A stretch of DNA of 64,000 nt from Candidatus Poribacteria bacterium (GTDB lineage Bacteria > Poribacteria > WGA-4E > WGA-3G), in NCBI GenBank assembly GCA_965215265.1, contig OZ244048.1:4192001-4256000 (forward strand). The letters are read 5' to 3'. Below, one piece after another: positions 1 through 10,626 of the stretch; position 1 is the stretch's first letter, and each line of letters opens with the position of its first letter. Both the position numbers and the translations under genes were made by a program. The notes beneath the pieces were generated by a model. That model saw nothing but the letters and a program-made list of their open reading frames with translations. It ran no database searches and was not told the origin of the DNA.

Positions 1-70
1 ACAAGAATTCACCCTTTGGGAACTTCTCCCTGCTCGCAGGGAGGAATCCCCTCCGCAGGGACAATTCTTT

Positions 71-118
71 ACGGAGATATACAAAAAAACAGCAGCCCTT
101 GAAGGGCTGAAATATACC
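71..118 (+). repeat. Right-arm tails of the 61-bp palindromic repeat family
   Basis: ACGGAGATATACAAAA and GGGCTGAAATATAC match arm ends seen at many other loci. Confidence 0.7.
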
Positions 119-1165
119 TTAATGTTCATGATGCTTGGCTTTATCGTAGTGGAGCCGAAGCAAATCTACCCCGAAGTCGTCCTCAATGTGGCGCCACACG
201 GAGTGAATGTGGTTTGCATTGTTCTGCGTGTTATCATACTCCACGAAGAAAAATGGTCCGTGCAGACGGTAATAGTGGGGTGCCCCACGCGCCTCACCAC
301 CTGCCCAAGCAAAGTGAATATCATTGAGACTGCCCTCGCGTAACTTCCGGTGCTCAATCTGAGCAATCTCCTCAGGGAGCCGATCAATGTATTCACTAAT
401 TAGCATCATCAAGACTTCACGTTGCTGCGTTTCCATAGATTCTGCCGCGAGGCCCTCAACAGCATCAAACTCAACTTTGGGGACATCGCGTGTCAAAATA
501 TCGGATGGAGCATCCGCGTTAATAATACACCGGCTTTTCTGAGCCAAATTCAGACTGCCGACGAACTTCCGGGCTATATCCTCTTCAGCAGAAAGAATTC
601 TTAACCCCTTTTTCTTACCTTGCGGTACCTCGGCAGGATTTGAGCCGAAGAAGAACGGATTCGGAGAAATGAGCGATCGATTGACAACCGTAAAATTGAG
701 TGAAACATGATGCCCCTCAGCGCGCCAGCCCCAGGCACCATTGCCCGACGGATCACCAAACACAGTAAAAAAGTAGTAGCCCGGATCCCGGACGAGTCTC
801 GCCTCACCGGATGCCGCTTCAATCTCACCGAGCGTCGTCTCTAAATTGATAATCGCCCGCGCTTTCTGGTACCCTCTCGCACTGAGCCCGCTTGCCATCA
901 GCGCAAACGCAGCTGCTTGCTGTTTCTGATTCAGCTCCTTGAGTGAAACTCCTTCCCGTTCCCACATCTCAATTGGGATATAGTGCCAACGGAACCGTTC
1001 ATTTCCATCAAACGGAAGTGCCGCTTTTTCCCGCAGTGCCGGAGTGAGCGTATCCAAGAAATTCACCGCTACATTTGCCATTTGCGATGCAGTCTCCGAT
1101 GCAGGAACCACCAAAACTTTGGATTGTGAGTTGCTATCTGTATGTACCACCGAAAATACCTCCAT
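119..1165 (-). CDS. DUF3500 domain-containing protein
   Basis: 348-aa ORF with WGWRAEGHHVSLNF and YYRLHGP..VEYDNTQNNANHIHSVWR motifs typical of DUF3500. Confidence 0.85.
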   Translation of the reverse strand: MEVFSVVHTDSNSQSKVLVVPASETASQMANVAVNFLDTLTPALREKAALPFDGNERFRWHYIPIEMWEREGVSLKELNQKQQAAAFALMASGLSARGYQKARAIINLETTLGEIEAASGEARLVRDPGYYFFTVFGDPSGNGAWGWRAEGHHVSLNFTVVNRSLISPNPFFFGSNPAEVPQGKKKGLRILSAEEDIARKFVGSLNLAQKSRCIINADAPSDILTRDVPKVEFDAVEGLAAESMETQQREVLMMLISEYIDRLPEEIAQIEHRKLREGSLNDIHFAWAGGEARGAPHYYRLHGPFFFVEYDNTQNNANHIHSVWRHIEDDFGVDLLRLHYDKAKHHEH

Positions 1166-1480
1166 TTTTCAGATTAAATGCTATTCTAAACCAATAGCAC
1201 TTGAAAAGCAAGTTTTTAATCACGCGAAAAAATTACGGATATTTCGTTCTCCAACAATCACTTACCAAAGGTTAGTTTAGAATAGATTTTATCATTGATG
1301 TGAAACAACAACTGTTTTTTTTTTTGCGGGGGCGGGAAAATAACGAATGGTGTCAAATACATTGACATTTCCATGGCAGTGACCTTCGGGTGGCTGTCCC
1401 TGTTTTTTTTACACTTGCGTGCGAATCGATGATTTCGAGAGTTCCGCAGGTCATTCGGAGCCTTTTTTTTCGCATTCCAC

Positions 1481-1509
1481 TTGACTTTTGCCCTTTGATA
1501 CGGTATCAT
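1481..1509 (+). promoter_or_regulatory. Sigma70-like promoter upstream of the ABC permease
   Basis: TTGACT-17 nt-TATCAT. Confidence 0.5.
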
Positions 1510-1572
1510 TAATTAACATCGCGACGATAACATAACAAAAAATAGCAACTCGGAAGCAGCCTGCACAAAAAG

Positions 1573-3372
1573 ATGGCCAACCCTCACAGGGCAAAACTTA
1601 ACTCAGAGAAAACAGTCCGGTTGATGAACAAGATCCGGCAAAAATACGATTTAACGCCCTCGATCAGTTCCATCTTTCTGCTGATCCTCTTATTCTTCGT
1701 CCTATTCCTCATATACCCCCTCCTTTATGTCTTCAAAGAAGCTTTCTGGATAGAGAATACCTTCAGCCTGACATATTTCAAATTGATGACGACAGATCCG
1801 AACATCCGTACGCTAGTCATCAACAGTTTTAAAATTGGCGTGATGGTCACATGCGTCACGAGCATTGTAAGTCTCCCGCTAGCATATTTCATGAGCCGCT
1901 ACCGCTACCCAGGGCGCAATCTGTTCCGCTCTGTCATTCTCATCCCGATGATTATGCCCCCGTTTGTTGGTGCTATCGGCATGAAGCAGTTCTTCGGTCC
2001 ATACGGCAGCGTCAATATGCTTTTGGTTAAACTTAACCTGATTGATATAACAGAGACGATAGACTGGTTCGGTGGTGGGTTCTGGGGCGTAGTGCTGCTG
2101 TCAACCTTACACTTGTATCCGATAATGTATCTGAACATCGTCGCCGCCTTGGCGAACGTAGATCCGAGCTTAGAGGAAGCAGCAGAGAATATGGGGGCAT
2201 CACGATTCCAAGTGTTCCGTCGGATAACCTTACCGTTGATGATGCCAGGGTACTTTGCAGGTGCAATCCTCGTCTTTATTTGGGCGTTCACGGACCTCGG
2301 GACACCCCTTATCTTTAACTACAATGAAGTCATTGCCGTCAAAATTTTCCGACAAGTCACCGAAGCAAACACGAATCCGATGGGATACGCGCTCGTCGTC
2401 CTGATCATTATGTTAACAGCCTTTGCCTTTTACTTTTCTAAACGCTGGACAGGCAGTAAGCACTACGAAATGCTCGGAAAAGGACACGTAACCTCGCGTG
2501 AGGTAGATGCGAATTGGGCGATGCGATGCCTTATCTACCTCTTTATCGGCGGCTTGACGTTCATGGCCCTGTTACCGCATATCAGCGTCATCCTCGTCTC
2601 TTTAACACCAGATGCGAGCCAATGGAGGTTAAGCGTCCTCCCTCAATCGTGGACGTTCGCGCATTACGTTGAGACGTTTACACATTCAGATACACTGCCG
2701 AGTATCCTCAACAGTTTAAAATACAGCATTTTTAGCACCCTACTCGCACTCTTAATCGGAGTCGTCGTCTCGTATCTCTTGACGCGCAAACGGATCCCAT
2801 TCCAAAATCTGCTGGATGCAGTCGCGATGCTGCCGTTAGCGTTACCCGGTGTCGCGATAGCATTTGGATACCTAGGCAGCTTCGCCGATACGACGCTGCT
2901 CTTACGGCACCTCCCAGAACGGTTAGTCTCTGTTTTGGATCCAAGGCAGAACCCCACATTCCTCCTGATTATCAGTTATGCCGTACGGCGCTTACCGTAT
3001 ATGTTACGTTCCATCTACGCTGGACTTCAGCAGACAAGCATCAGCTACGAAGAAGCATCGCACAACCTCGGCGCGAATCCGATGCGCACCTTATATAAAA
3101 TCACGTTGCCGCTAGTCATCGCCAACATCCTGGCAGGTGCAATTTTGGTATTCTCTTTCTCTATGCTGGAGGTAAGCGACAGCCTGATTTTAGCAATGCG
3201 CGACGAACACTATCCGATTACCAAAGCTATCTGGGCACTTTCGCAACGCCCAGATCACGGTGCACATACAGCGAGCGCACTGGGGGTAGTCGGTATGTTA
3301 ATCTTAATCGCGTGTCTATTAGGCGCGGGGCGGGTGCTTGGCGGAAAACTCGGAGAGCTCTTCCGGATTTAG
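1573..3372 (+). CDS. Fe3+-type ABC transporter permease (FbpB-like, two TM domains)
   Basis: Two EAA loops (EEAAENMGA, EEASHNLGA) and multiple TM helices; the true start may be near 1621-1624. Confidence 0.85.
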   Translation: MANPHRAKLNSEKTVRLMNKIRQKYDLTPSISSIFLLILLFFVLFLIYPLLYVFKEAFWIENTFSLTYFKLMTTDPNIRTLVINSFKIGVMVTCVTSIVSLPLAYFMSRYRYPGRNLFRSVILIPMIMPPFVGAIGMKQFFGPYGSVNMLLVKLNLIDITETIDWFGGGFWGVVLLSTLHLYPIMYLNIVAALANVDPSLEEAAENMGASRFQVFRRITLPLMMPGYFAGAILVFIWAFTDLGTPLIFNYNEVIAVKIFRQVTEANTNPMGYALVVLIIMLTAFAFYFSKRWTGSKHYEMLGKGHVTSREVDANWAMRCLIYLFIGGLTFMALLPHISVILVSLTPDASQWRLSVLPQSWTFAHYVETFTHSDTLPSILNSLKYSIFSTLLALLIGVVVSYLLTRKRIPFQNLLDAVAMLPLALPGVAIAFGYLGSFADTTLLLRHLPERLVSVLDPRQNPTFLLIISYAVRRLPYMLRSIYAGLQQTSISYEEASHNLGANPMRTLYKITLPLVIANILAGAILVFSFSMLEVSDSLILAMRDEHYPITKAIWALSQRPDHGAHTASALGVVGMLILIACLLGAGRVLGGKLGELFRI

Positions 3373-3385
3373 CTGCGTTCAAAAG

Positions 3386-4828
3386 TTAACGGACATCCCT
3401 GCGCAGCCCGGCACCGTCTATTGCCCGATGTGGGTCTATGAAACTGTTCGTCTCATCCTTCCGCCGTGGTGGCGGTAAGGCACTCGCTTTCGCACGTAGA
3501 CCTGCCAGGACATTAGCATAAACAGCATCTCCAATCAGATTGGTTCGCTCATCCGGATCTTTAGACAAATCAAAGAGTTGTTCCGGCCACCCACGTCCGT
3601 TATCAAATCGGAAGTACTTCAAGCTGCCTTCCTTCACCATCACAGATGGCCCGTTTTGGGCCCTCCATAATTCACTGTAAACGGTATTGGGCCAATTCTC
3701 TACGTCCCCTTCTATTAAAGGCACGAGGGAACGTCCATCAATTTCGTCGGGTTTAGGGATCTCTGCTAACTCGCACAAGGTAGGAAACAGATCTACTAAG
3801 GACACATTTTCCGTAACCAGCCCCGCGTTTTTGCCAAACCGCTGCGGATACCAGATAGCAAGGGGCACACGCGCAGAAGCGTCAAAGAAACTCTGTTTCT
3901 CCCAGAGCCCTTTTGTACCGAGCATCTCTCCATGGTCAGACAGGAATACCACGATGAAATCCTCAAGTACATTCAAGTGTTCCAGCTTCTCAATGACGCG
4001 TGCAAATTGGGCATCCATCCACTCGATCATTCCGTAATACGCCGCGGTTGCACGATGCGCCTGACGATAGGTAACATCTTGGTTAACCCTTACCTTGAAA
4101 AAGTCATCGCATTCAAATTGCTCGTTAGGCCCTTCAATAATCGGCTCCACCCGCTGCATATAATAATTGAATAAATCGAGTGGACACTGATACGGATAGT
4201 GTGGTGCCCAGAGGCTCACCGCCATACAGAGCGGATTTGCCCGAGGCCGATCGTAAGATGCGTTTACGAAATACTCTTCAAGGAAAAGCAACGCACCAGC
4301 TACCGTATATTGGTCGTGTAGCATCCAGTGTCCTAAGCCGGGTTGCGCATCCCGGATCTCTTGCACGACTTTGTGCTGTTTCGCACCTGTGCCCGGCTCC
4401 GGTTCAATCCTCGCGTAGTGTTCATCCTTAACAGGAGCGTAGGGATAGCCGTTGCTCCCAATAACATCGCGGCCAATCCGTTCACGCCACCCGTGCATCA
4501 CATCCGTGCCGACAAAGTGCATCTTCCCCGCACAGCAGGTGTAATACCCGTAGTTTCCGAAATGCCCCGGAATCGTGCGAACCGTTGTCGGCATCGCATC
4601 TCCAAAGTTGAGACTCCCACAGTTACGAGGATAGAGCCCGGAAAGGAAACTCTGCCGCGCAGGAACACAGATCGGCGAGGGCGTGTAGGCGTTGCGAAAG
4701 TAGACACCTTCATCCATAAACCGCGATAAGGTCGGTGTCTGGATAGTCGTGTTCCCTTCAACCGGCAATATATCCGGACGGTGCTCATCATTGATGAGAA
4801 GGAGTACATGTGGCTTCTTTTTTTGCAT
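3386..4828 (-). CDS. Sulfatase (choline-sulfatase-like)
   Basis: CVPAR (CxPxR) motif, GKMH, SDHGEMLG. Confidence 0.9.
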   Translation of the reverse strand: MQKKKPHVLLLINDEHRPDILPVEGNTTIQTPTLSRFMDEGVYFRNAYTPSPICVPARQSFLSGLYPRNCGSLNFGDAMPTTVRTIPGHFGNYGYYTCCAGKMHFVGTDVMHGWRERIGRDVIGSNGYPYAPVKDEHYARIEPEPGTGAKQHKVVQEIRDAQPGLGHWMLHDQYTVAGALLFLEEYFVNASYDRPRANPLCMAVSLWAPHYPYQCPLDLFNYYMQRVEPIIEGPNEQFECDDFFKVRVNQDVTYRQAHRATAAYYGMIEWMDAQFARVIEKLEHLNVLEDFIVVFLSDHGEMLGTKGLWEKQSFFDASARVPLAIWYPQRFGKNAGLVTENVSLVDLFPTLCELAEIPKPDEIDGRSLVPLIEGDVENWPNTVYSELWRAQNGPSVMVKEGSLKYFRFDNGRGWPEQLFDLSKDPDERTNLIGDAVYANVLAGLRAKASALPPPRRKDETNSFIDPHRAIDGAGLRRDVR

Positions 4829-4864
4829 AATAGATGTCGCCCTTTATAAGAGAGAGAAACGCTT

Positions 4865-5719
4865 TTATCTCAATTCCGGCCCCGGTGAGCGATTCCACGT
4901 CTGGGGCTCAACGTCGCCATCATAAACAGGGGCAAGTTCCGAGATCTTCTCGTAATCTGCTTCTAACCATGCACGCTGCTGCCGAAGTCGACCGATCTGT
5001 GCACGCAGCCCCGCTGGAAGCAGCGCAAAGAATGGGTGGTACCAGAGCGTAATCACGGTGCGGCGTTCATTAGCGTTATTGCTATGTGAGGCATGCAGCA
5101 GCCTTGAATCTCCGATGACCAGGTCGCCAGCACGCACCGGCACATCAAGCTCATCAACTAACGATTGATACGCAGGATGATCCGGATTGTTTACACGCTG
5201 CAAACTTTCACCGTGCGCGTCCGGCAGGATATCATGCATCGGATGACGCTTGACATGCGAACCCGGCAGCACCCGTAAGCAGCCATTATGCTGCGTCGTG
5301 TTAACCAAATAGTACATGAGGAAGAACTGTTGCGGTAGAGGCGTGTAGCTGCATGGGTCGTCCCAGCCCCACCAGTCTTGATGCCAGAACAACGGCGGAC
5401 TCTGTGGCGGTTTACTGATGATGTAACCCGATGACCATTTCGGCCTCAGGAACCCTAACGCCGCTAAGGTTTCCAATGCACGCGGATAGACCACCAATTC
5501 AGCGAAAAACGGATGCTCATACACACTAAGCATACTACCCGATGAACGGTAGGCCGCACGCTCCTCTTCAGTTTGTGCGTCAAGCAGGGCATCTGTCACG
5601 ACACGAAGCCGAATCAGCATGTCTTCCATTAACACGCCTCTAATCACACAGTAACCGTCCTCTATTAATTGATCGTATTTCTGTTTCGGTCTTTCAATAT
5701 TCATGGCAATCTGTACCAC
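4865..5719 (-). CDS. Phytanoyl-CoA dioxygenase (PhyH) family Fe/2OG oxygenase
   Basis: WHQD (HxD), GCLRVLPGSH, distal H in LLHAS. Confidence 0.9.
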   Translation of the reverse strand: MVQIAMNIERPKQKYDQLIEDGYCVIRGVLMEDMLIRLRVVTDALLDAQTEEERAAYRSSGSMLSVYEHPFFAELVVYPRALETLAALGFLRPKWSSGYIISKPPQSPPLFWHQDWWGWDDPCSYTPLPQQFFLMYYLVNTTQHNGCLRVLPGSHVKRHPMHDILPDAHGESLQRVNNPDHPAYQSLVDELDVPVRAGDLVIGDSRLLHASHSNNANERRTVITLWYHPFFALLPAGLRAQIGRLRQQRAWLEADYEKISELAPVYDGDVEPQTWNRSPGPELR

Positions 5720-5989
5720 TCTTCGCCCTCTTTCATAGACATTTATTAAAGTTTATGCAAATTTGCAGCCTTTGTCAAACTGTTTTTTATTTTTTCCTGC
5801 GATTTCTTATTGTGCATCCCCACATTTCTCTTACAATTTTTTTTAAAATATGATATATTAATGTGAACACCATAAAAATCTGCCTGACAATTTTGCAAAC
5901 CTGCTTATCAGAGGAGACAACCGCATGCACAATAAACTCACAAAGCCCAGCCTCGTCCCTCAACCGCATGGCCCCAGAGGAGCAAACGC

Positions 5990-7051
5990 ATGAACAAAGA
6001 ACACATCAGAGAGGCTCTCGCTGCAATATGCACTGGCCCCTTTTTACAAACCGCGAAAAACCTGCTCGCCACGCTCGGCTACCGCAGCGATTTGACAGAA
6101 GCATTCTCTGGAACAGCCGGCGACTTTATAGAGACTTTCCCCGCATTCAACCCGAACACCCAAACGGAACAAGCCCTCCGAAACCACGCAGCCTCGATAC
6201 ACTTCATCTTCCAACTCACAGACGCAGAAATAGATGCCGAAACGCAACAGCGGTTAGAACTCTTTGAAGGAAACGATGCGGAAAGTTTCTTTTTCTTCGC
6301 CGTAGAACTAAAAGAGAAAACCTACTCCCGCGGTGCGTACGCAGAATTGACGCGAGAAATCAATAAGCGTCTGATTGTTCCGACGGTGGTGTTATTTCGT
6401 GTGTCAACCCGGCTAACCCTCGGTTTTGTGGGACGCCGTCCACACGCGCACCACCCAGGGCGCGATGTTCTCCAGCAAGTGACACTCATCAAGGACATTC
6501 GTCTTGAGGCGCCGCACCGCGCGCATTTAGATATCCTCTCTGAACTTTCACGAACAGAATGCCTGAACTGGATGGACGCAAATAACAGACAGAAAAACTT
6601 CGACGGACTGCTATCCGCCTGGGTTGCGAAACTCAACACCGAAGCGCTCAACAAGCAGTTCTACGGAAGGTTGTTCAGCTGGTTCGAGTGGGCAATGAGA
6701 GAAGCGAAGTTCCCGACAGCCGAACTGAAGCCGTTGGGTTCCGAAGCACACATCATCCGGCTCATCACGCGGCTGCTCTTTATATGGTTCTTGAAAGAAA
6801 AAGGGCTTGTCCCCGAGTGGCTGTTTGAAGATTCCGAGGGGAAAGAGCAGGCGGGCACGCAAAACAATGATGCGTTGGAGAGAGGGCGGGTGGGCCTGCA
6901 AAACAACGCGCCGTCTGAAGATTCCGGGCAGAGTGAGCAGGTGAGCCTGCAAAACAACCAACAGTCTGAATACCCCCCCCTTACAGACGTTAAGTCTTCT
7001 GCCGAACGCCACGACAGAAAGCAGCCTGCACGCACACCTCAAAAACTTTGA
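5990..7051 (+). CDS. N-terminal part of a type IIG (Eco57I-like) R-M protein, frameshifted
   Basis: AVELK, LNKQFY..LFSWFEWA and IIRLITRLLFIWFLKEKGLVP; the sequence continues in the +1 frame after the C8 tract at 6973-6980. Confidence 0.75.
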   Translation: MNKEHIREALAAICTGPFLQTAKNLLATLGYRSDLTEAFSGTAGDFIETFPAFNPNTQTEQALRNHAASIHFIFQLTDAEIDAETQQRLELFEGNDAESFFFFAVELKEKTYSRGAYAELTREINKRLIVPTVVLFRVSTRLTLGFVGRRPHAHHPGRDVLQQVTLIKDIRLEAPHRAHLDILSELSRTECLNWMDANNRQKNFDGLLSAWVAKLNTEALNKQFYGRLFSWFEWAMREAKFPTAELKPLGSEAHIIRLITRLLFIWFLKEKGLVPEWLFEDSEGKEQAGTQNNDALERGRVGLQNNAPSEDSGQSEQVSLQNNQQSEYPPLTDVKSSAERHDRKQPARTPQKL

Positions 7052-7190
7052 GCCCGACACATCCGATTACTACCAAGCCATCCTCCAAAACCTATTCTTT
7101 GCTACTCTCAACACACCTATAAATCAACGCACCTTTAGCACACACGATAACAGGAGCCACCGCGATTCAAGCAAATATCGCTATGCTGAC

Positions 7191-9935
7191 TTGCTGCAAT
7201 CACCCCAAACCTTCCTTCAACACCTAAAGCACGTCCCATTTGTCAACGGCGGACTGTTTGACTGCTTGGATACCTTTGAGGCAACCAGCGACGGCGGTGT
7301 CCGAATAGACTGTTTCTCTGATAACAAAACGGTTCGACAAAAATTACACGTCCCCGCAAAACTCTTTTTTCACAAAACACAGGGCCTCTTTCCTCTCTTC
7401 GCTCACTATAAGTTTACCGTCGAGGAAAACACACCCATTGAACAAGAAGTCGCGCTCGATCCAGAACTGCTCGGACAAGTGTTTGAAAACCTGCTCGGCA
7501 CCTATAACCCCGAAACACAATCCACCGCACGCAAAGCCACAGGCTCTTACTACACACCCCGCCAAATCGTTGAACACATGGTAGACGAGGCACTCAGCGC
7601 CTATCTCATCCAAAACGTCAAACCCTACGACGGAAACACACAATCCCTTGAGGAACGCCTCCGCGAAGACCTCCTCGCTTATGAATCCCAAGGCAACATT
7701 GATGAAGACGCACATCACCTCATTCATCCAGAGGAAATTCAACCCCTCATTCAGGCGATAGACGCACTCAAAATCATAGATCCAGCCGTCGGCTCCGGGG
7801 CTTTCGCTATGGGCATCCTCAATAAACTCGTGCTCATCCTCCGAAAACTCGATCCGCAGAATCAAAACTGGAAGCAGCGACAACTTCAACAAGCTGAGAA
7901 CATACCAGACCTCCATAGCCGCGAAAGCGCAAAGCAGGCAATAGAGGCAGTCTTCTCTCAACAAAACCGATACAACGACTACGGACGCAAACTCTACCTC
8001 ATCCAAAACGGCCTCTACGGCATAGATATCCAACCCATCGCCGTCACCATTGCCAAACTCCGCTTTTTCATCTCTCTCATCATAGAGCAGATACCCAACC
8101 AGAACCCTGACGACAACTACGGCATCAGACCCCTCCCCAACTTGGAGACGAAGTTCGTCGCCGCAAACACCCTCATCGGCTTAAAGGGGGCAAAAGAAAC
8201 GGATTTTCAGCGCTTGCTTGAAACAGACACCATCCAACAACTCCGCAACGACATTGAAGTCATCCGCGCCACACACTTCTCCGGCAGCACCCGTCGGCAA
8301 AAACTTGAGGCGATGCGAAAAGAGGAAAAGTGCCGTGAAAAATTGGCACTCGCGCTAAGAACACAGTCGGAACAGTGGACGGTGCAGGAGCAAAGCCGGA
8401 TATCCCAACAGATTGCGCAGCTGCCCAAAAAAGAGGCGCGCAACCAACTCCGGGAAAAACTCGAGAAAGCGTATGCAATTCGTCAGCAAAAACTAACAGC
8501 CAGCGTAGAAGAGGCACAGAAAATCGCAAACTGGAATCCATACAACCAGAACGCCGTCGCCGATTTCTTTGAACCCGCATGGATGTTCGGCATCCACCAC
8601 GGCTTTCACATCGTCATCGGCAATCCACCCTACATCCGACACGAAAAGATTCGCCATCTCAAGCAGGCCTTGCAAACCCACTTCGGCGACTTCTTCTCCA
8701 GCACCGCAGACATCAGCGTCTACTTCTACAAACGCGGAGCCGAGCTGCTACGCCAAGGCGGGTTGCTCACCTATATCTGCACAAACAAGTTTATGCGTGG
8801 CGGCTACGGAAAAAAACTCAGACAATTCCTTACCGCTGAGATGGCACTAAAAACAATTTTGGACTTCGGCAGCCTCGCCGTCTTTGACGCAGCAGTAAAT
8901 GCATCCATCGTCCTCGTTCAAAAGTCGCCACCTACTCCAAACCACACCCTCCATGCAACAACCCTAAGGCATGTTTCAGCGGAATTTAACGTCCGGGAGG
9001 CATTTCAAACGCAGGCATTCCCAATGCAGCTCGCCCACTTATCTTCAGAAGGATGGACGTTAGCACGCACAGAAACACTCGCCCTACTACAGAAATTGCA
9101 ACACACAGGAACATCATTCAGCGAATCAATACAAGGCAAATTCTATTCGGGTATCAAGACAGGATGCAATGACGCTTTTATCATAGATGAACCTCTCTGT
9201 CAGCAGCTAATAGCAGAGGATGCCAAAAGTGCACAACTCATAAAACCTTTACTTCGTGGACGGAATCTTCGCAAATGGAAAGCGGTATCAGCAAACGAGC
9301 ACTTGATAGCAATAGCCAGCAGTGCCAATAAGCAGTGGCCCTGGTCAAACGCAGCAAGCGAATCTGAAGCCGAACAGATTTTTGAAAAAACCTATCCAGC
9401 AATCTATCGCCATCTAATACGCTATAAAGAGCGGCTTTTACCCCGTGATGCTCAGGGAAAATTCTACTGGGAGTTGCGTTCGTGCGCCTATTACGACGCA
9501 TTCGAAAAGCCGAAGATCATCTATCCGGATATTAGCTCATCTATGCGTGCGTGTTATGATACTACAAAGACTTTTTGCTTAGCCCCTGCCTTCGTCTTAC
9601 CCACAGATGACCTCTCCTTGCTTGCAATTTTAAACAGCCAACTTTTTGATTGGTATGCGCGCTACAAATTTCAAACCCTTAACAACCCATGGGCAGGAGG
9701 TGGATTACTGTTAAAGACAATATACATGCAACACGTCCCGATAGCCAATAGAACAGAAGCACAGAAAGCCGCACTCTCACGCCTCGTCGTGCAGCTCTTG
9801 GCAGAACCCACGGGCGATGCCGTGCACGCGCTTGAGAAAGAGATAGATACCTTAGTCTATCAGTTATATGAGTTAACGCCACAAGAAATTCAACTCATAG
9901 AACAGACGTATCGGGATGCAGGAATGACAGTATGA
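7191..9935 (+). CDS. Type IIG R-M methyltransferase/specificity part (Eco57I MTase + TaqI_C-like); frame is open from 6945
   Basis: PFVNGGLF, GSYYTP, DPAVGSGAF (motif I), GNPPY (motif IV), PKIIYPDIS. Confidence 0.9.
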   Translation: MLQSPQTFLQHLKHVPFVNGGLFDCLDTFEATSDGGVRIDCFSDNKTVRQKLHVPAKLFFHKTQGLFPLFAHYKFTVEENTPIEQEVALDPELLGQVFENLLGTYNPETQSTARKATGSYYTPRQIVEHMVDEALSAYLIQNVKPYDGNTQSLEERLREDLLAYESQGNIDEDAHHLIHPEEIQPLIQAIDALKIIDPAVGSGAFAMGILNKLVLILRKLDPQNQNWKQRQLQQAENIPDLHSRESAKQAIEAVFSQQNRYNDYGRKLYLIQNGLYGIDIQPIAVTIAKLRFFISLIIEQIPNQNPDDNYGIRPLPNLETKFVAANTLIGLKGAKETDFQRLLETDTIQQLRNDIEVIRATHFSGSTRRQKLEAMRKEEKCREKLALALRTQSEQWTVQEQSRISQQIAQLPKKEARNQLREKLEKAYAIRQQKLTASVEEAQKIANWNPYNQNAVADFFEPAWMFGIHHGFHIVIGNPPYIRHEKIRHLKQALQTHFGDFFSSTADISVYFYKRGAELLRQGGLLTYICTNKFMRGGYGKKLRQFLTAEMALKTILDFGSLAVFDAAVNASIVLVQKSPPTPNHTLHATTLRHVSAEFNVREAFQTQAFPMQLAHLSSEGWTLARTETLALLQKLQHTGTSFSESIQGKFYSGIKTGCNDAFIIDEPLCQQLIAEDAKSAQLIKPLLRGRNLRKWKAVSANEHLIAIASSANKQWPWSNAASESEAEQIFEKTYPAIYRHLIRYKERLLPRDAQGKFYWELRSCAYYDAFEKPKIIYPDISSSMRACYDTTKTFCLAPAFVLPTDDLSLLAILNSQLFDWYARYKFQTLNNPWAGGGLLLKTIYMQHVPIANRTEAQKAALSRLVVQLLAEPTGDAVHALEKEIDTLVYQLYELTPQEIQLIEQTYRDAGMTV

Positions 9936-10030
9936 AGCACCACGCTCTATATTATAGCAACCCACCAGAATTGCGGTTTGGAGCCAAACATCTGAAGTTG
10001 CGATATAAGCCAGTTTCACGAAAAAAGACG

Positions 10031-10060
10031 TTGACAAAAAAGCAGAGACGCTGCTATACT
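10031..10060 (+). promoter_or_regulatory. Sigma70-like promoter
   Basis: TTGACA-18 nt-TATACT; near-identical arrangement at 30542-30571. Confidence 0.45.
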
Positions 10061-10231
10061 TTATCATGAGAAGTCAACAGCCTAAGCAGATAGATAAGGA
10101 TATCAAGATTTATTTCAAACGCGTCTGCGCGAAGTGGCGACGACTTTGGGGCCGAAGCGGCTGTCGGCGATAACCGCCTCCGTTCGTGAATTGGATAGTT
10201 TATAGTCAAACAGAGGCAGCTGCCAGCTAAC

Positions 10232-10626
10232 CCGTTTTCACGAAAGAAACGGCTTTGTATTTTATGAACGCAGTGGTAGTCTACGCTCACGAAAACCTCT
10301 CGTGAAACTTTTCGTGAATTGCATACCACGAACCAAAACAGAGGAAACTGCCAGATAAGCCAGTTTCACGAAAAAACGCATTTTGTATTTTATGAACGCA
10401 GTGGTAGTCTACGCTCACGAAAATCCCTCGTGAAACTTTTCGTGAATTGGAGACTTTGGAGCTAAACAGAGGAAATTACCACAGAATCCAGTTTCACGAA
10501 AAAACGCATGTCGAATCTTCTGAACGCAGTGGTAGTCTACGCTCACGAAAACCTCTCGTGAAACTTTTCGTGAATTGGAGACTTTGCAGCTAAACAGAGG
10601 AAATTACCACAGAATCCAGTTTCACG
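10232..10626. repeat. 128-bp tandem repeat (3 copies plus partial copies) rich in TCACGA/TCGTGA palindromes
   Basis: TGAACGCAGTGGTAGTCTACGCTCACGAAA at 10265, 10393 and 10521; partial copy near 9968-10030. Confidence 0.9.

Noticed and set aside
1-70. Nested hairpins (CTCCCTGC/GCAGGGAG) at the window start
   Set aside because: The context is cut off by the window edge; it may be a terminator for the convergent gene or part of a repeat, and cannot be assigned.
7344-8033. Long antisense ORFs (e.g. 7344..8033, 28900..29478, 58283..58822)
   Set aside because: They are shadow ORFs opposite well-supported genes and have no recognisable motifs.
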